From positions 1,664,001 to 1,728,000 of the forward strand of contig OZ252149.1 in the NCBI GenBank assembly GCA_965248755.1: DNA of 64,000 nt, written 5' to 3'. Made by a program: the position numbers and the translations under genes. Shown piece after piece: positions 10,015 through 20,485 of this stretch; within the stretch, counting starts at the first letter, position 1; each line of letters begins with the position of its first letter. The DNA is from Candidatus Latescibacterota bacterium (GTDB lineage: Bacteria; Latescibacterota; CBDEFO01). The notes beneath the pieces were generated by a model that saw nothing but the letters and a program-made list of their open reading frames with translations, searched no databases and was not told the DNA's origin.

Positions 10015-12165
10015 ATGGATGAGGCAAATACTAAGACAAGAGATCCAGAACTTGCTGAAGACGAGTCAAGGCCTCCCTCCAGCTACACGTTGAAGGCCTT
10101 TCTTATCGGCGCATTCTTCTCCTTTTTCCTCTCCATCGGAGCCCCTTACGGAAACACGGTCATAAAGGGCTCTTATATGACTCTGGACTTCAGCACGCCC
10201 GGGGCACTGTTCTTGTTTTTCTTTCTGGCAGGTGTCCTCAACGTCGTATTGAAGCTCACAGGCAGAGCGCTTCTTCCATCCCTGTTATTCTTAGCTGTTG
10301 TGGCGATCCCCTGCGTGGCCAAAGTTACCGATCCGTCTTTCCAGTTTGAGCTGGACTCACCGGGAGTCATATTCTCCATCTTTATCCTCCTTTTAGCCTC
10401 TGTCAACGTCATCTTTGCATCTTTGGGGAAGAGCTTGAGCCTTAATCGGGGAGAGCTTTTAGTCGTCTATGTGATGATGATCGTAGCGTCCGCGATACCC
10501 ACTATGGGCGTCTCAGAGTACCTGCTGCCGATTATTACGGCCGTCTTTTACTATGCCTCGCCCGAGAACGAATGGAGTTACTTCATTCACCCCCATATAC
10601 CCGATTGGATAGCGCCGCAAGACCCCCACGTCATTGAGTACTTCTTCGAGGGTCTGCCCGAAGGAGTGGCGATCCCCTGGTCTGACTGGATTGTGCCCCT
10701 TATATACTGGATAGCTTTTCTTTTTGCCCTCTATATTGTTATGATATGCACGATGGTGATCGTGCGCGGGCAGTGGGTCGAAAGGGAAAGATTGATATTT
10801 CCCCTGGTTCAGGTGCCTCTGGAGATGGTCAGAAACGAGTCAGGCTCGCTCTTGAATCCGTTCTTCAAAAGTCCCGTTATGTGGGCAGGCTTTCTAATCC
10901 CGGCAATAATAAGCACTCTAAATGCTCTGCATAGATATTACAGCTTTATCCCTGAACTGAGCACATCAACTTCCATTTCCCTGTTCCGCCGCACTATATC
11001 TCTGCCCTTCAACTTGAGCTTTCCGATGATTGGCTTTTCCTATCTTATCAATCTGGACATAGCCTTTTCCCTCTGGTTTTTCAATATCCTGTCAAATATT
11101 CAAAAAGGGATATTCAGGGTCACAGGGGTTCACAGCACGGAAAATTTGGGTATATACGGCGCTGGCAGGGAGACACCTATTCTGGCGCATCAGGGCATGG
11201 GAGCGATTATAGTCCTGGTTATATCGGGGCTCTGGATCGGCAGGGAGCATCTTAAGAATGTCTTCTCAAAGGCGTTTGGGAGAGGAAAGGATGTGGACGA
11301 TTCGGGGGAGATGCTCTCCTACCGAAGTGCCGTCTTCGGGATGATAGGCGGACTGGCATTTATGACATTCTGGCTGAACGCCTCGGGTCTGCCGCTCTGG
11401 ATCGCAATTCTGTTCCTGTTCGGGGCCTTTCTGATATTCCTCGGATTGACCCGGATCGTCGTCGAAAGCGGAGTCGCCGAAGCGGTGGCTTCTACCATCT
11501 CGTCCTCATTTGTTGTGTCGGGAGTAGGATCTTCTGCCCTCGGCCCTGCCGGCATGACAGCCTTAGCCTTCACTTACGTCTGGTCGGCGGACATAAGGAC
11601 GTTCGTTATGGCCTCCTCTGCCCACGGTCTGAAGTTAGCTGAAGATATAGGGAAAAATAAGAAGCCGCTCTTTTGGGCGATGGTGCTCTCTATCGTCGTC
11701 AGTCTCTTCGGCTCTATCTGGATGATATTGGAGCTTTCGTACAGCGAAGGAGGGGTCAACTTGAACGGGTGGTTCTTCGGCGCGGGGGCCAAAGAGCCGT
11801 TCAGCTTTATTGCGAGCTATCTTAGCAATCCTACTACTCCCAATTGGGGAGGCTGGATTCACACAGGAGTCGGAGCCTTTATTATGGGCCTCCTTATGGT
11901 GGCTCGGCGTCGCTTTTTGGCGTTGCCCTTTCATCCTATCGGGTATCCCATAGGCGCAGTGTGGCTGATGGACCATATATGGTTCAGCATCTTTTTAGCA
12001 TGGCTTTTGAAGGCTCTGATTTTGAAGTACGGGGGACTTAGATGGTTCAGAGGCACCCGCCCCTTCTTCTTAGGTCTGATTTTGGGGCAGTTCGTAATAG
12101 CCGGTATTTGGCTCATTATAGACTATTTTACGGGAATGACCGGCAACCAGGTGTTCTGGATATAG
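10015..12165 (+). CDS. Large polytopic membrane protein, DUF6785/DUF6784-type (putative peptide transporter)
   Basis: 716 aa, many TM helices; QWVERERLIFPL, TRIVVESG, PFHPIGY, ILKYGG, PFFLGLILG. Confidence 0.7.
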   Translation: MDEANTKTRDPELAEDESRPPSSYTLKAFLIGAFFSFFLSIGAPYGNTVIKGSYMTLDFSTPGALFLFFFLAGVLNVVLKLTGRALLPSLLFLAVVAIPCVAKVTDPSFQFELDSPGVIFSIFILLLASVNVIFASLGKSLSLNRGELLVVYVMMIVASAIPTMGVSEYLLPIITAVFYYASPENEWSYFIHPHIPDWIAPQDPHVIEYFFEGLPEGVAIPWSDWIVPLIYWIAFLFALYIVMICTMVIVRGQWVERERLIFPLVQVPLEMVRNESGSLLNPFFKSPVMWAGFLIPAIISTLNALHRYYSFIPELSTSTSISLFRRTISLPFNLSFPMIGFSYLINLDIAFSLWFFNILSNIQKGIFRVTGVHSTENLGIYGAGRETPILAHQGMGAIIVLVISGLWIGREHLKNVFSKAFGRGKDVDDSGEMLSYRSAVFGMIGGLAFMTFWLNASGLPLWIAILFLFGAFLIFLGLTRIVVESGVAEAVASTISSSFVVSGVGSSALGPAGMTALAFTYVWSADIRTFVMASSAHGLKLAEDIGKNKKPLFWAMVLSIVVSLFGSIWMILELSYSEGGVNLNGWFFGAGAKEPFSFIASYLSNPTTPNWGGWIHTGVGAFIMGLLMVARRRFLALPFHPIGYPIGAVWLMDHIWFSIFLAWLLKALILKYGGLRWFRGTRPFFLGLILGQFVIAGIWLIIDYFTGMTGNQVFWI

Positions 12166-12297
12166 GCACCAGAAACACGAAAACAGTGATCAGAACGTAG
12201 AGCGTAGATCCACTCGCTCTTGGAGGTAGACACACGCGTCTGACCCTACAACAGTAGCATATATGGATGAACGTGCCCCTAAGAATGTAGGGGTGAT

Positions 12298-12318
12298 CCC
12301 CGATAGATTCAATCGGGG
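12298..12318. repeat. Dispersed 21-bp palindrome, copy 2
   Basis: CCCCGATAGATTCAATCGGGG. Confidence 0.85.
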
Positions 12319-12356
12319 ACCCCTCGCCCCTAAGGCACCCCGCACCGTGCTGTCCA

Positions 12357-13232
12357 CTACCCTTTGAACCATACCTTGAGGGCAGTTCCTCCCATGATCA
12401 TATCCATCTCCTCCTCGGAGATAGAGGGAAGGTGATGGCCGATCAACTCCACAAGCCTTTGATAGCCCGGCTCCACGACGATCCACGGAAAGTCAGTGCA
12501 CCACATCATCCTCTCCGGACCGTATGCCCGATAGATCGTTTCGACCATCGGCTGCATATCCTCATAGGGACAGGGCACTTTTGAGAAGGCGTATTCTCCG
12601 GAGATTTTGATATAGAGGTTGGGATACTTCGCCAGCTCAGCGATCTTCGAATAGGTCGAAGGAGGGATCGGTTCGTCATCGCAGCGGGGTCGCCCCCAGC
12701 GGTCTGTAGTACCGGCCGTGGTCGGGCAGACGGCGAGATGATCCAGGGAGATGTTCACACGTGGGAAGGCTCGAGTTAGCATCTCTATACAGGGGACCTG
12801 CGGTCTTCCGCAGGAGATATTGATATTGATTCCCAGCTCGTCAGCGCACTGGAACAGAGCGTAGGCAGTCAAATCTTCGGAACTTTCGGAAGAGGGATCG
12901 CCCATATCTCCGATCCTGATGCCCTCGATCCCGGTAGCCTCAAATAGTTCCCTGAGCCTTGCCGGTGGATCGGCGTCAGCTACATCCACTAACCCTGTGG
13001 ATGTGAAGCGATCGGGCCATTGCTTAACGCAGTGGGTCACGTATCTGTGATATTCGATCTTAGTGCCTCCCATACCGATCAAAACCGCCCGATCTATCCC
13101 CGCAGCGTCCATCTCCCGCAGGAGCTGTTCGGCCGTCGCCTCTTTCTCCGCAGGCGCCAGACCGCCCACTGCTCGGGGGAATTTATCGCTCAACTTGTCG
13201 AACACGTGGACGTGTGCATCTACCTTTTCCAC
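12357..13232 (-). CDS. Amidohydrolase family protein (Amidohydro_2), copy A
   Basis: DAHVH, LDHL, IKISG, MMWCTDFPW. Confidence 0.9.
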   Translation of the reverse strand: MEKVDAHVHVFDKLSDKFPRAVGGLAPAEKEATAEQLLREMDAAGIDRAVLIGMGGTKIEYHRYVTHCVKQWPDRFTSTGLVDVADADPPARLRELFEATGIEGIRIGDMGDPSSESSEDLTAYALFQCADELGININISCGRPQVPCIEMLTRAFPRVNISLDHLAVCPTTAGTTDRWGRPRCDDEPIPPSTYSKIAELAKYPNLYIKISGEYAFSKVPCPYEDMQPMVETIYRAYGPERMMWCTDFPWIVVEPGYQRLVELIGHHLPSISEEEMDMIMGGTALKVWFKG

Positions 13233-13312
13233 AGCAATAACCTCCTGTCGTCAAATTGTGATCGATGTTGGAATACCAAAAAACAACTGTCAGAACGTGC
13301 AGCCTATCGCCT

Positions 13313-13580
13313 CTATTAGAGCTGATCCTGGGCCAGAAGTTTCTTGTCATAAGATACGGTGGATTTGGTCGTATCGAGCACGAAATAGCCCTCCCGGCTG
13401 TCGCCTACCTCCGGAAAGGAATTGTCCCAATCGGAAACCCCGTTGCAGGACACCAATAGAGTGGCAGTCCCTGATGCTCGATCTGAAAATGAAAGTGCAG
13501 GTGACCGTTGAAGACAGCCATCACAGGGCGTTCGTGGAAAATACCTAACAACTCCTTCCGGGGTTCAGGATCCAAAGTAA
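13313..13580 (-). pseudogene. Truncated, frameshifted 3' duplicate of metallophosphoesterase 14663..15436
   Basis: TLDPEPRKELLGIF..FNGHLHFHFQIEHQGLPLY near-identical to the intact copy; 5' two-thirds absent. Confidence 0.88.
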
Positions 13581-13706
13581 TGTAGCGGCGAAGCGCAACG
13601 GGCGCTGTGCTGGGGCATGTGGCAAGAAGCCACGAAGTGGTTTGCGCAGTAGTCAGGGCAAAACCACCATGAGCCATCAAAGATTAGCCTTCCTCCGTGC
13701 TGTCCA

Positions 13707-14582
13707 CTATCTTTTGAACCATACCTTGAGGGCAGTTCCTCCCACGATCATGTCCATCTCCTCCTCGGAGATAGACGGAAGGTGATGCCCGATCAGCTCC
13801 ACAAGCCTTTGGTATCCCGGCTCCACGACGATCCACGGAAAGTCAGTGCACCACATCATCCTCTCCGGACCGTATGCCCGGTAGATCGTCTCGACCATCG
13901 GCTGCATATCCTCATAGGGACAGGGCACTTTTGAGAAGGCGTATTCTCCGGAGATTTTGATATAGAGGTTGGGGTACTTCGCCATCTCAGCGATCTTCGG
14001 ATAGGTCGAAGGAGGGAGAGGTTCGTCATCGAAGCGGGGTCGCCCCCAATGGTCCGGAATATTGGACGTGGTAGGGCAGACGCCGAGATGATCCAGGGAG
14101 ATATTCACACCTGGGAAGGCTCGAGCCAGCATCTCTATACAGGGGACCTGTCCGCTTCCTGCGTAGATATTAATATTGATGCCCAACTCGTCAGCGCACT
14201 CGAACAGAGCGTAGCTATTCAAATCTTCAGGACTTTCAACAGAGGGGTCGCCCAGAGCACCGATCCTGATGCCCTCGATCCCGGTGGCCTCAAATAGTTC
14301 CCTGAGCCTTGCCGGCGGATCGGGATCATCTACGTCCACTAAACCTGTGGCTGTGAAACGATCGGGCCACTGCTTAACGCAGTGCGTCACGTATCGGTGA
14401 TGTTCCATCTTGGTCCCTCCCATATCGATCAACACCGCACGATCTATCTCCCCGGAGTCCATCTCCCGTAGGAGCTGTTCAGCCGTCGCCTCTTTCTCCG
14501 CAGGGGCCAGTCTGCCCACTTCTCGGGGGAATTTGTCGCTCAGCTTGTCGAACACGTGGACGTGTACATCTACCTTTTCCAT
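13707..14582 (-). CDS. Amidohydrolase family protein (Amidohydro_2), copy B
   Basis: Same length and motifs as copy A; C-terminal third almost identical. Confidence 0.9.
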   Translation of the reverse strand: MEKVDVHVHVFDKLSDKFPREVGRLAPAEKEATAEQLLREMDSGEIDRAVLIDMGGTKMEHHRYVTHCVKQWPDRFTATGLVDVDDPDPPARLRELFEATGIEGIRIGALGDPSVESPEDLNSYALFECADELGININIYAGSGQVPCIEMLARAFPGVNISLDHLGVCPTTSNIPDHWGRPRFDDEPLPPSTYPKIAEMAKYPNLYIKISGEYAFSKVPCPYEDMQPMVETIYRAYGPERMMWCTDFPWIVVEPGYQRLVELIGHHLPSISEEEMDMIVGGTALKVWFKR

Positions 14583-14662
14583 AGCAGTAACCTCCTGTCG
14601 TAGTATTGTGGCTCATGTCCGAATATCTAAAAAACTTTTGTCAGAACGTTCAGCCTTTACCA

Positions 14663-15436
14663 CTATTTGAGCCGATCCTGGGGCAGAAGTTTCTTGTCAT
14701 TAGATACGCTGGATTTGGTCGCATCGATCACGAAATATCCCTCCCGACTGTCGCCTACCTCCGGAAAGGAATTGTCCACAAGCGGAAACCCCGTTGCAGG
14801 ACACGAATAGAGCGGCAGTCCCTGATGCTCGATCTGAAAATGAAAGTGCAGGTGACCGTTGAAGACAGCCTGTACCGGTCCTTCGCGGAATATACCTAAC
14901 AACTCCTTGCGGGGTTCAGGGTCCAAAGTCCAGTAGCACGATTCTTCCTCCACGTCCCTTATGTAACACATCGAGTGCATAAAGACAATGGAGCCGCCAA
15001 CTGGAGAAGAAGCTATCTCATCTCTGAGCCAGGCTAACTGCTCCCGCTCCTCAAGGGAACTGCTGCCGGCAAGTTCGCTATTGATGGCGATGACCTTAAT
15101 ATCACCGTCGTCCTGGCTCCAGCGGTCAGGCCCGATGAACTTTCGAAATCTCTCAATCGCATCCATCTTTAAGCTCCCCGCAGTCTGGCTGTGGGGATGG
15201 CATCCGACGTCGTGATTCCCCGGAATCGCCCTCCACGGTATGGTCAAATCGTCCAGGCGCGCCTTGGCGTAACCGTAGTCTGCAGGACTATTATCTCCGT
15301 TGCTGCAGATATCGCCGCTGAAGATCACCAGATCTGGAGAATCGTCTTCGATCAGTTCAAGGGCTACCTGCATATGCTGCCAGGTGGCTGGCCTGAATGG
15401 ACCAAGGTGAATATCGGATATCTGAACTATGCGCAT
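14663..15436 (-). CDS. Calcineurin-like metallophosphoesterase (Icc/CpdA-like)
   Basis: SDIH, SGD, PGNHD, FMH, NGHLH motifs. Confidence 0.9.
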   Translation of the reverse strand: MRIVQISDIHLGPFRPATWQHMQVALELIEDDSPDLVIFSGDICSNGDNSPADYGYAKARLDDLTIPWRAIPGNHDVGCHPHSQTAGSLKMDAIERFRKFIGPDRWSQDDGDIKVIAINSELAGSSSLEEREQLAWLRDEIASSPVGGSIVFMHSMCYIRDVEEESCYWTLDPEPRKELLGIFREGPVQAVFNGHLHFHFQIEHQGLPLYSCPATGFPLVDNSFPEVGDSREGYFVIDATKSSVSNDKKLLPQDRLK

Positions 15437-15771
15437 TTTTCTCCTCTATTTATGGGTGAAATTGGAATACTTATGCAATGTAGCTTCTCCTCCGACTGCA
15501 TGAATAGATCTCACCGAGCCAGACTACCGTCTCAGCGGTAATATCCCCGTTCGGCATTCCTTGGAACATCCAGCACCCGTCCTCCGATCGGGCGGCGATG
15601 AGATTGTCCCCGACTCGGATGGCTATGTCTTTCAAGATGTATGAACCTGATTTCCCTTCCCGGTGCAAACGAACACTCCTTATGTTGAATAGCACACAAC
15701 TTAAGACAATATGAAGGTAGCAAATTCTTGCATAGGTGTCAACTGAAAAAAGAAAAGCAGGGCATTTCAGC

Positions 15772-15800
15772 TTGACGATTTTAACGATTAGGCGTATATT
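15772..15800 (+). promoter_or_regulatory. Sigma70-type promoter for glycosyltransferase operon
   Basis: TTGACG-17 nt-TATATT. Confidence 0.55.
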
Positions 15801-15861
15801 TTGTCCTTATCTATTAAACATTTCCCAGAGTAGTGCTAATCGTGTACATGACAGGATAAAG

Positions 15862-18800
15862 ATGAACATAGCTTTTCTGAACTCCATCAAGCAGGACATA
15901 TGGCGCGGCGGCGAAAAGTGGATGGTGGATGCCGCATCGGGACTCCAGAAAAGAGGCCACAAGGTAGTAGTATGCGGCAAACCAGGGGCTCTATGGCTCG
16001 AATATGCTTCAGATAGAGGAATCAGGACTAAGCATTTTAGAATAAGAGGGGATTTTGCCCCCGTGATCGTATATAAGATGGCGCAGTTCTTCAGAAGCGA
16101 GGGCATAGATGTCCTATGTTGCAATTTTGAGAAAGATGTGAGGATTGGGGGCACAGCCGCAAGGCTTGTATCTGTGCCTGTCGTGATGGCCAGGAAGGGA
16201 CTTCCGCTTATCTACGATAAATTAAGGTACAGGTTTACCCATAAGGTTCTGGTAGATGGCATAATAACCCCGGCAGAGCATATAAAAGATCGTTTTATAG
16301 AATTTTCATGGCTTGATCAAAATAGAATACATGTGATCAGAAACGGTGTCGAGTTGCCAGATGTCTCTATGCCGAGAGAGGAGATCAGACGCAAACTGGG
16401 AATAGGTCAGGATAACAAAGTCGTGAGCGCTGTGGGGAATCTATTTTTTCAGAAGGGCTTGGAATTCTTTGCAGAAGCGGCAAAGCTTACCCTGCAGAAG
16501 CATAGAAAGGCTCACTTTATGATAGTAGGAGATGGACCAGACAGACAGGTTCTGGAAGATCGCGTGCATAGTTGGGGGTTGAACGAGAATTTCACTTTTA
16601 CAGGATTTAGAACGGACGTCCCAGATCTTTTAAGGGCTTCGGACGTGTTCGTCTTAACTTCCCTGGATGAGGGTCTACCAAATGTAATCCTGGAGGCGAT
16701 GGCGGCGGGGATTCCGGTGGTGGCAACCCACGTGGGAGGCGTCAATGAGTTAGTGGTGGACAAAGTCACGGGCTTTCTTGTCCAACCAAAAGATGTACGT
16801 GCGATTGCAGATGGTATAGATCGTCTCTTAAACGATGAAGACCTGGCGTCCAAGATGGGGAGGGAGGGGACACAGAGGGTAAGGCAAGAGTTTACATTGG
16901 AGAAGAATGTGGACGAATTGGAGAGGCTCTTTGAAAGGGAACTGGAGAGGAACTCTCGTGTTCGCTGGGGCCCCGTTACCCCAACCATGCATTTACAAGA
17001 GGAGGCAAAATCTCCTGTCAGATATGGGCGAAAGGCAAGTAAACTAAATGTAATGTTTGTCAATTCTGCCGTCGAATGGGGAGGAAATGAAAAGTGGACA
17101 ATCGAAGCTGCAAGCGGAATTAGAGAGTCGGGTCATAACGTCTACTTGGCCTGCCGATGGGACCTGATAGCGGAAAAGGCCTCAAAAAGTGATATAAAAA
17201 TTGTAAAGTTTCCGTTCTTTAATGACGCCGATCTTTATACCTCCTTTAAAATAGGTCTATCTCTAAGAAAGCTCAAAATAGACATTCTGGTCCCTACACT
17301 ACAGAGGGATTACGTTTTAGCTGGCTTAGCAGCAATGCTACATCGCCCAGCGAAGGTGCTGGGTCGAATGGGGATTATGCGGCGTCCTCTGAGCCTGAAG
17401 ATGCAGATATGCTTCCGCTGGCTCTTTGATAAACTGATAGTGAACACTCATGCGATCAGAGATTACCTTTCGGACATTAATTGGTTCGATGTAGATAAGG
17501 TCGTGGTGATCTATAACGGTCTTAGAGCTGTTCCAGATGGCGCAAAGAGCCACGGCCTCAATATAAGGGAAAAATACGAAATCAGCCAGCATGAGATTCT
17601 GATAACAGGCCTCGGGCGCCTGGCCCATCAAAAGAGGTTCGATCTGTTAATAAAGGCCTTTTCCTATGTGGCGTTGGAGCATCCCCAAGCGCGGCTTATG
17701 ATCGTCGGAAGTGGAGAAAGGCTCGATAGTCTGAAGGATATGGCAAGAGAGTTCTCCATCTTTGAGAAGGTGATCTTCACAGGATTCGTAGACGATGTCA
17801 ATTCCGTTTTAGAAGCTACGGATATATTTGCTTTAAGTTCAGAGTTTGAAGGGATGCCAAACGCCCTCTTAGAGGCGATGTCCAGGGCAATTCCCCTGGT
17901 GGCGTTTAAGATTCCGGGTATTGCTGAAGTTATAAAGGACAGAGAAAACGGACTGCTTGTGGATTTTGGGGATGTCCGTGGAATGTCAGAGGCTATCAGC
18001 GTCCTGATTCAAGATCGTGCAAAGGAGAAAGCTCTGGGAAAGGCCGCCTTAGAGACGATAAGAGACAGGTTCAGTTACGAAAGGATGATAGAGGAATTAG
18101 AATCTGCGTTCTACAGGGAGACTCCAAAGAAAGAAGAGCGCAAGGGCGTGATAAAGCCGCCCCAAAGGATCGTCCTCTTTACAGAGCACTTTCCCCCCAA
18201 AGACGGTGGGATATCCCGGTGGTGCTACGAGGTGGCAAGACATCTTGTGCCAAGACATCTTGCAGCGAACGTTCCACTTTCTCTGCACGGGAGGCGCGAG
18301 GCGATTGTATTTGCTACTAAGAAGTGCTTCAGTGGCAATGCTCCATGGAAAGGGGACTTCAAGATAGAGCAGATGGAAGGGCGGGGATGGGTCTCACTGA
18401 AGCACTACTATATGGTCTATTACACTATTAAGACCCTCTTGAAGTACAGACGCCCCGTAATCTTGAGCGCCTGTTGGGATATGGCCTTTTTCTCGACTCT
18501 GATCTCCAGGTGGTGTAACCTGAAGGTCGTGGTGGCATGTCACGGTATGGAGATAAAGAGGAGATATGGCCCACTCAAGAGATTGTTGATGCGCTACGTC
18601 TTGGAGAACTGCCACAGGCTGATAGCTGTGAGTCGTCACACAAAAGAATCGCTAAAGAGAATTGGAATTGCCGTGGATAAGATCGTGCTGATACCAAATG
18701 GTGTAGATACAGAGAGGTTCCGTCATCTGGATAGGCAGTATGAATTGAAGACCCGGTACGGCTTCAAGGGCAAAAAGGTCATTTTGACACTGGCTCGGAT

Positions 18801-19320
18801 TGTGGAGAGAAAGGGCCAGGATATGGTTATTACTGCGATGCCTTTCATCCTGAAGAGGTACAAAGATGCGCACTATGTGATCGCGGGAAAGGGTGAATAC
18901 AGACCTCAGCTTGAGGATTTGGTGCACCGACTCGAACTAGGGGAACACGTCACCTTTTTAGGTTACGTACCCGATCAGGATATGTGTGAGATCTATAATA
19001 TGGCGGATGTCTACATTATGGCGAGCCGGGAGAGAGAAGACGGCGACGTCGAGGGATTCGGCATCACATTTCTGGAGGCTTCCGCGTGTGGGGTGCCCGT
19101 GATAGGCGGAAGGTCAGGAGGCGTGGAGGATGCGGTCGAGGACGGTTATTCGGGAGTTCTAATTGATCCGGAAAGTCCAGAGCAGATCGCTGAGACCGTG
19201 ATAAGACTCCTGGACGATGAGAAATTGAGAGTTGAGTTGGGGGAGCAAGGAAGAAAAAGGGCACTAGAAAAGTTCAATTGGAATGCTAACTCAAGAAGGA
19301 TAGAAAATCTCTTTGCCTGA
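15862..19320 (+). CDS. Glycosyltransferase with three tandem GT4 (GT-B) modules
   Basis: Three E-x7-E motifs: EGLPNVILEAMA, EGMPNALLEAMS, EGFGITFLEASA; start placed at ATG 15862 (MNIAFLNS) downstream of the promoter. Confidence 0.9.
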   Translation: MNIAFLNSIKQDIWRGGEKWMVDAASGLQKRGHKVVVCGKPGALWLEYASDRGIRTKHFRIRGDFAPVIVYKMAQFFRSEGIDVLCCNFEKDVRIGGTAARLVSVPVVMARKGLPLIYDKLRYRFTHKVLVDGIITPAEHIKDRFIEFSWLDQNRIHVIRNGVELPDVSMPREEIRRKLGIGQDNKVVSAVGNLFFQKGLEFFAEAAKLTLQKHRKAHFMIVGDGPDRQVLEDRVHSWGLNENFTFTGFRTDVPDLLRASDVFVLTSLDEGLPNVILEAMAAGIPVVATHVGGVNELVVDKVTGFLVQPKDVRAIADGIDRLLNDEDLASKMGREGTQRVRQEFTLEKNVDELERLFERELERNSRVRWGPVTPTMHLQEEAKSPVRYGRKASKLNVMFVNSAVEWGGNEKWTIEAASGIRESGHNVYLACRWDLIAEKASKSDIKIVKFPFFNDADLYTSFKIGLSLRKLKIDILVPTLQRDYVLAGLAAMLHRPAKVLGRMGIMRRPLSLKMQICFRWLFDKLIVNTHAIRDYLSDINWFDVDKVVVIYNGLRAVPDGAKSHGLNIREKYEISQHEILITGLGRLAHQKRFDLLIKAFSYVALEHPQARLMIVGSGERLDSLKDMAREFSIFEKVIFTGFVDDVNSVLEATDIFALSSEFEGMPNALLEAMSRAIPLVAFKIPGIAEVIKDRENGLLVDFGDVRGMSEAISVLIQDRAKEKALGKAALETIRDRFSYERMIEELESAFYRETPKKEERKGVIKPPQRIVLFTEHFPPKDGGISRWCYEVARHLVPRHLAANVPLSLHGRREAIVFATKKCFSGNAPWKGDFKIEQMEGRGWVSLKHYYMVYYTIKTLLKYRRPVILSACWDMAFFSTLISRWCNLKVVVACHGMEIKRRYGPLKRLLMRYVLENCHRLIAVSRHTKESLKRIGIAVDKIVLIPNGVDTERFRHLDRQYELKTRYGFKGKKVILTLARIVERKGQDMVITAMPFILKRYKDAHYVIAGKGEYRPQLEDLVHRLELGEHVTFLGYVPDQDMCEIYNMADVYIMASREREDGDVEGFGITFLEASACGVPVIGGRSGGVEDAVEDGYSGVLIDPESPEQIAETVIRLLDDEKLRVELGEQGRKRALEKFNWNANSRRIENLFA

Positions 19321-20485
19321 TCTTGTACATGGGGGCATAATGAGTTTCATCTCCGCTGTGAAGAAATACTGTAAGGCTCTAATAGTCAATATAGCCGGTA
19401 GATTTGTGAACGGAAACCCCCGCAAACTGTCGTGTGATCTGAGTCAAGCCCGGATACTCTTCATGCGGTTCGGAGGGCTCGGAGATGCGGTCACATGTCT
19501 CCCAGTCATGGAAAATCTTAGGAGGCGTTATCCCCAGTCCAAAGCGAGCGTCTGGTGCAGCTCCTCCAATTGTGAGATTTTCGATAGATGCGAGTGGGTT
19601 GACGAATGCATCGTAGGTCAAAACACCCTTTGGGGGCAGTTGCGCCTGTACAGGACGATAAGAACAAGGGATTTTGACGTTGTGATAGACCTAACTATAG
19701 ATAGATCCGCCAAAAATGCCCTTTTGGGGACGCTTCTGAACAGGAGAGCATACAGAATAGGGATGAACAAATGCGGCGCCGAACCCTTTTATGACAAAAA
19801 CATCCACGTCAAAAGCGATGCACACATGGTGCAACGGACAGCCTCTGTGTTGAAGGCTCTGGACGCTTATCCTGAAAAGTTGGAGTGGAACCTGAAAGTT
19901 AACGATGAAGACATAGACTATGCAAGAGCGTTTATTTCCTTCAATTTCAGAAAAGAAGATCAAAATTTCACACAGACACCTGTGATAGGAATTAACATCT
20001 CGGCAGGACGTCCGACAAGATATTGGTGCATTGCCAGATATATGGAATTGGTGAAACTCTTGACCGAAAGATTTCCGGAGGCAGCCTTTTTGGTTTTCTG
20101 TGCAAGAAGAGACTCCGACGATGCCCAAAAACTGATCGAAACCTCGCCATGCCGTCAGGGCATGTCTAAGAGCTTTCTTGGGGAGCACAGGTGGGCTGTA
20201 GTTGAAAGAAACATCTCACTAACAAAGGTATGCGGCCTACTGTCGCAGTTGACCTTTCTGATCACCCCGGATACCGGGCTGGTTCATCTGGCTTCAGTAC
20301 TGAAAGTTCCCGTGGTAGGACTCTATCAGAACAGAGAGCTTAATCTTAAACGTTGGGCGCCCTGGGGCGTAGATTATGAAGCGATTATGCCGAACAGTAA
20401 AGACGATACACTACAAGACATCGAGCCTCAAGCTGTGGCCGATGTGGCCTTCAAACTCTCTGAAAGGATAAAGATAAGAAGATGA
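19313..20485 (+). CDS. Glycosyltransferase family 9 (heptosyltransferase-like)
   Basis: RFGGLGD, ITPDTGLVHLA, VPVVGLY. Confidence 0.88.
   Translation: MPDLVHGGIMSFISAVKKYCKALIVNIAGRFVNGNPRKLSCDLSQARILFMRFGGLGDAVTCLPVMENLRRRYPQSKASVWCSSSNCEIFDRCEWVDECIVGQNTLWGQLRLYRTIRTRDFDVVIDLTIDRSAKNALLGTLLNRRAYRIGMNKCGAEPFYDKNIHVKSDAHMVQRTASVLKALDAYPEKLEWNLKVNDEDIDYARAFISFNFRKEDQNFTQTPVIGINISAGRPTRYWCIARYMELVKLLTERFPEAAFLVFCARRDSDDAQKLIETSPCRQGMSKSFLGEHRWAVVERNISLTKVCGLLSQLTFLITPDTGLVHLASVLKVPVVGLYQNRELNLKRWAPWGVDYEAIMPNSKDDTLQDIEPQAVADVAFKLSERIKIRR

Noticed and set aside
6366..15700. Prophage or integrative element at tRNA-Val
   Set aside because: No integrase, no duplicated tRNA 3' end and no phage genes found
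15471..15723. Short minus-strand ORFs upstream of the phosphoesterase
   Set aside because: Possibly a gene remnant but no family could be supported
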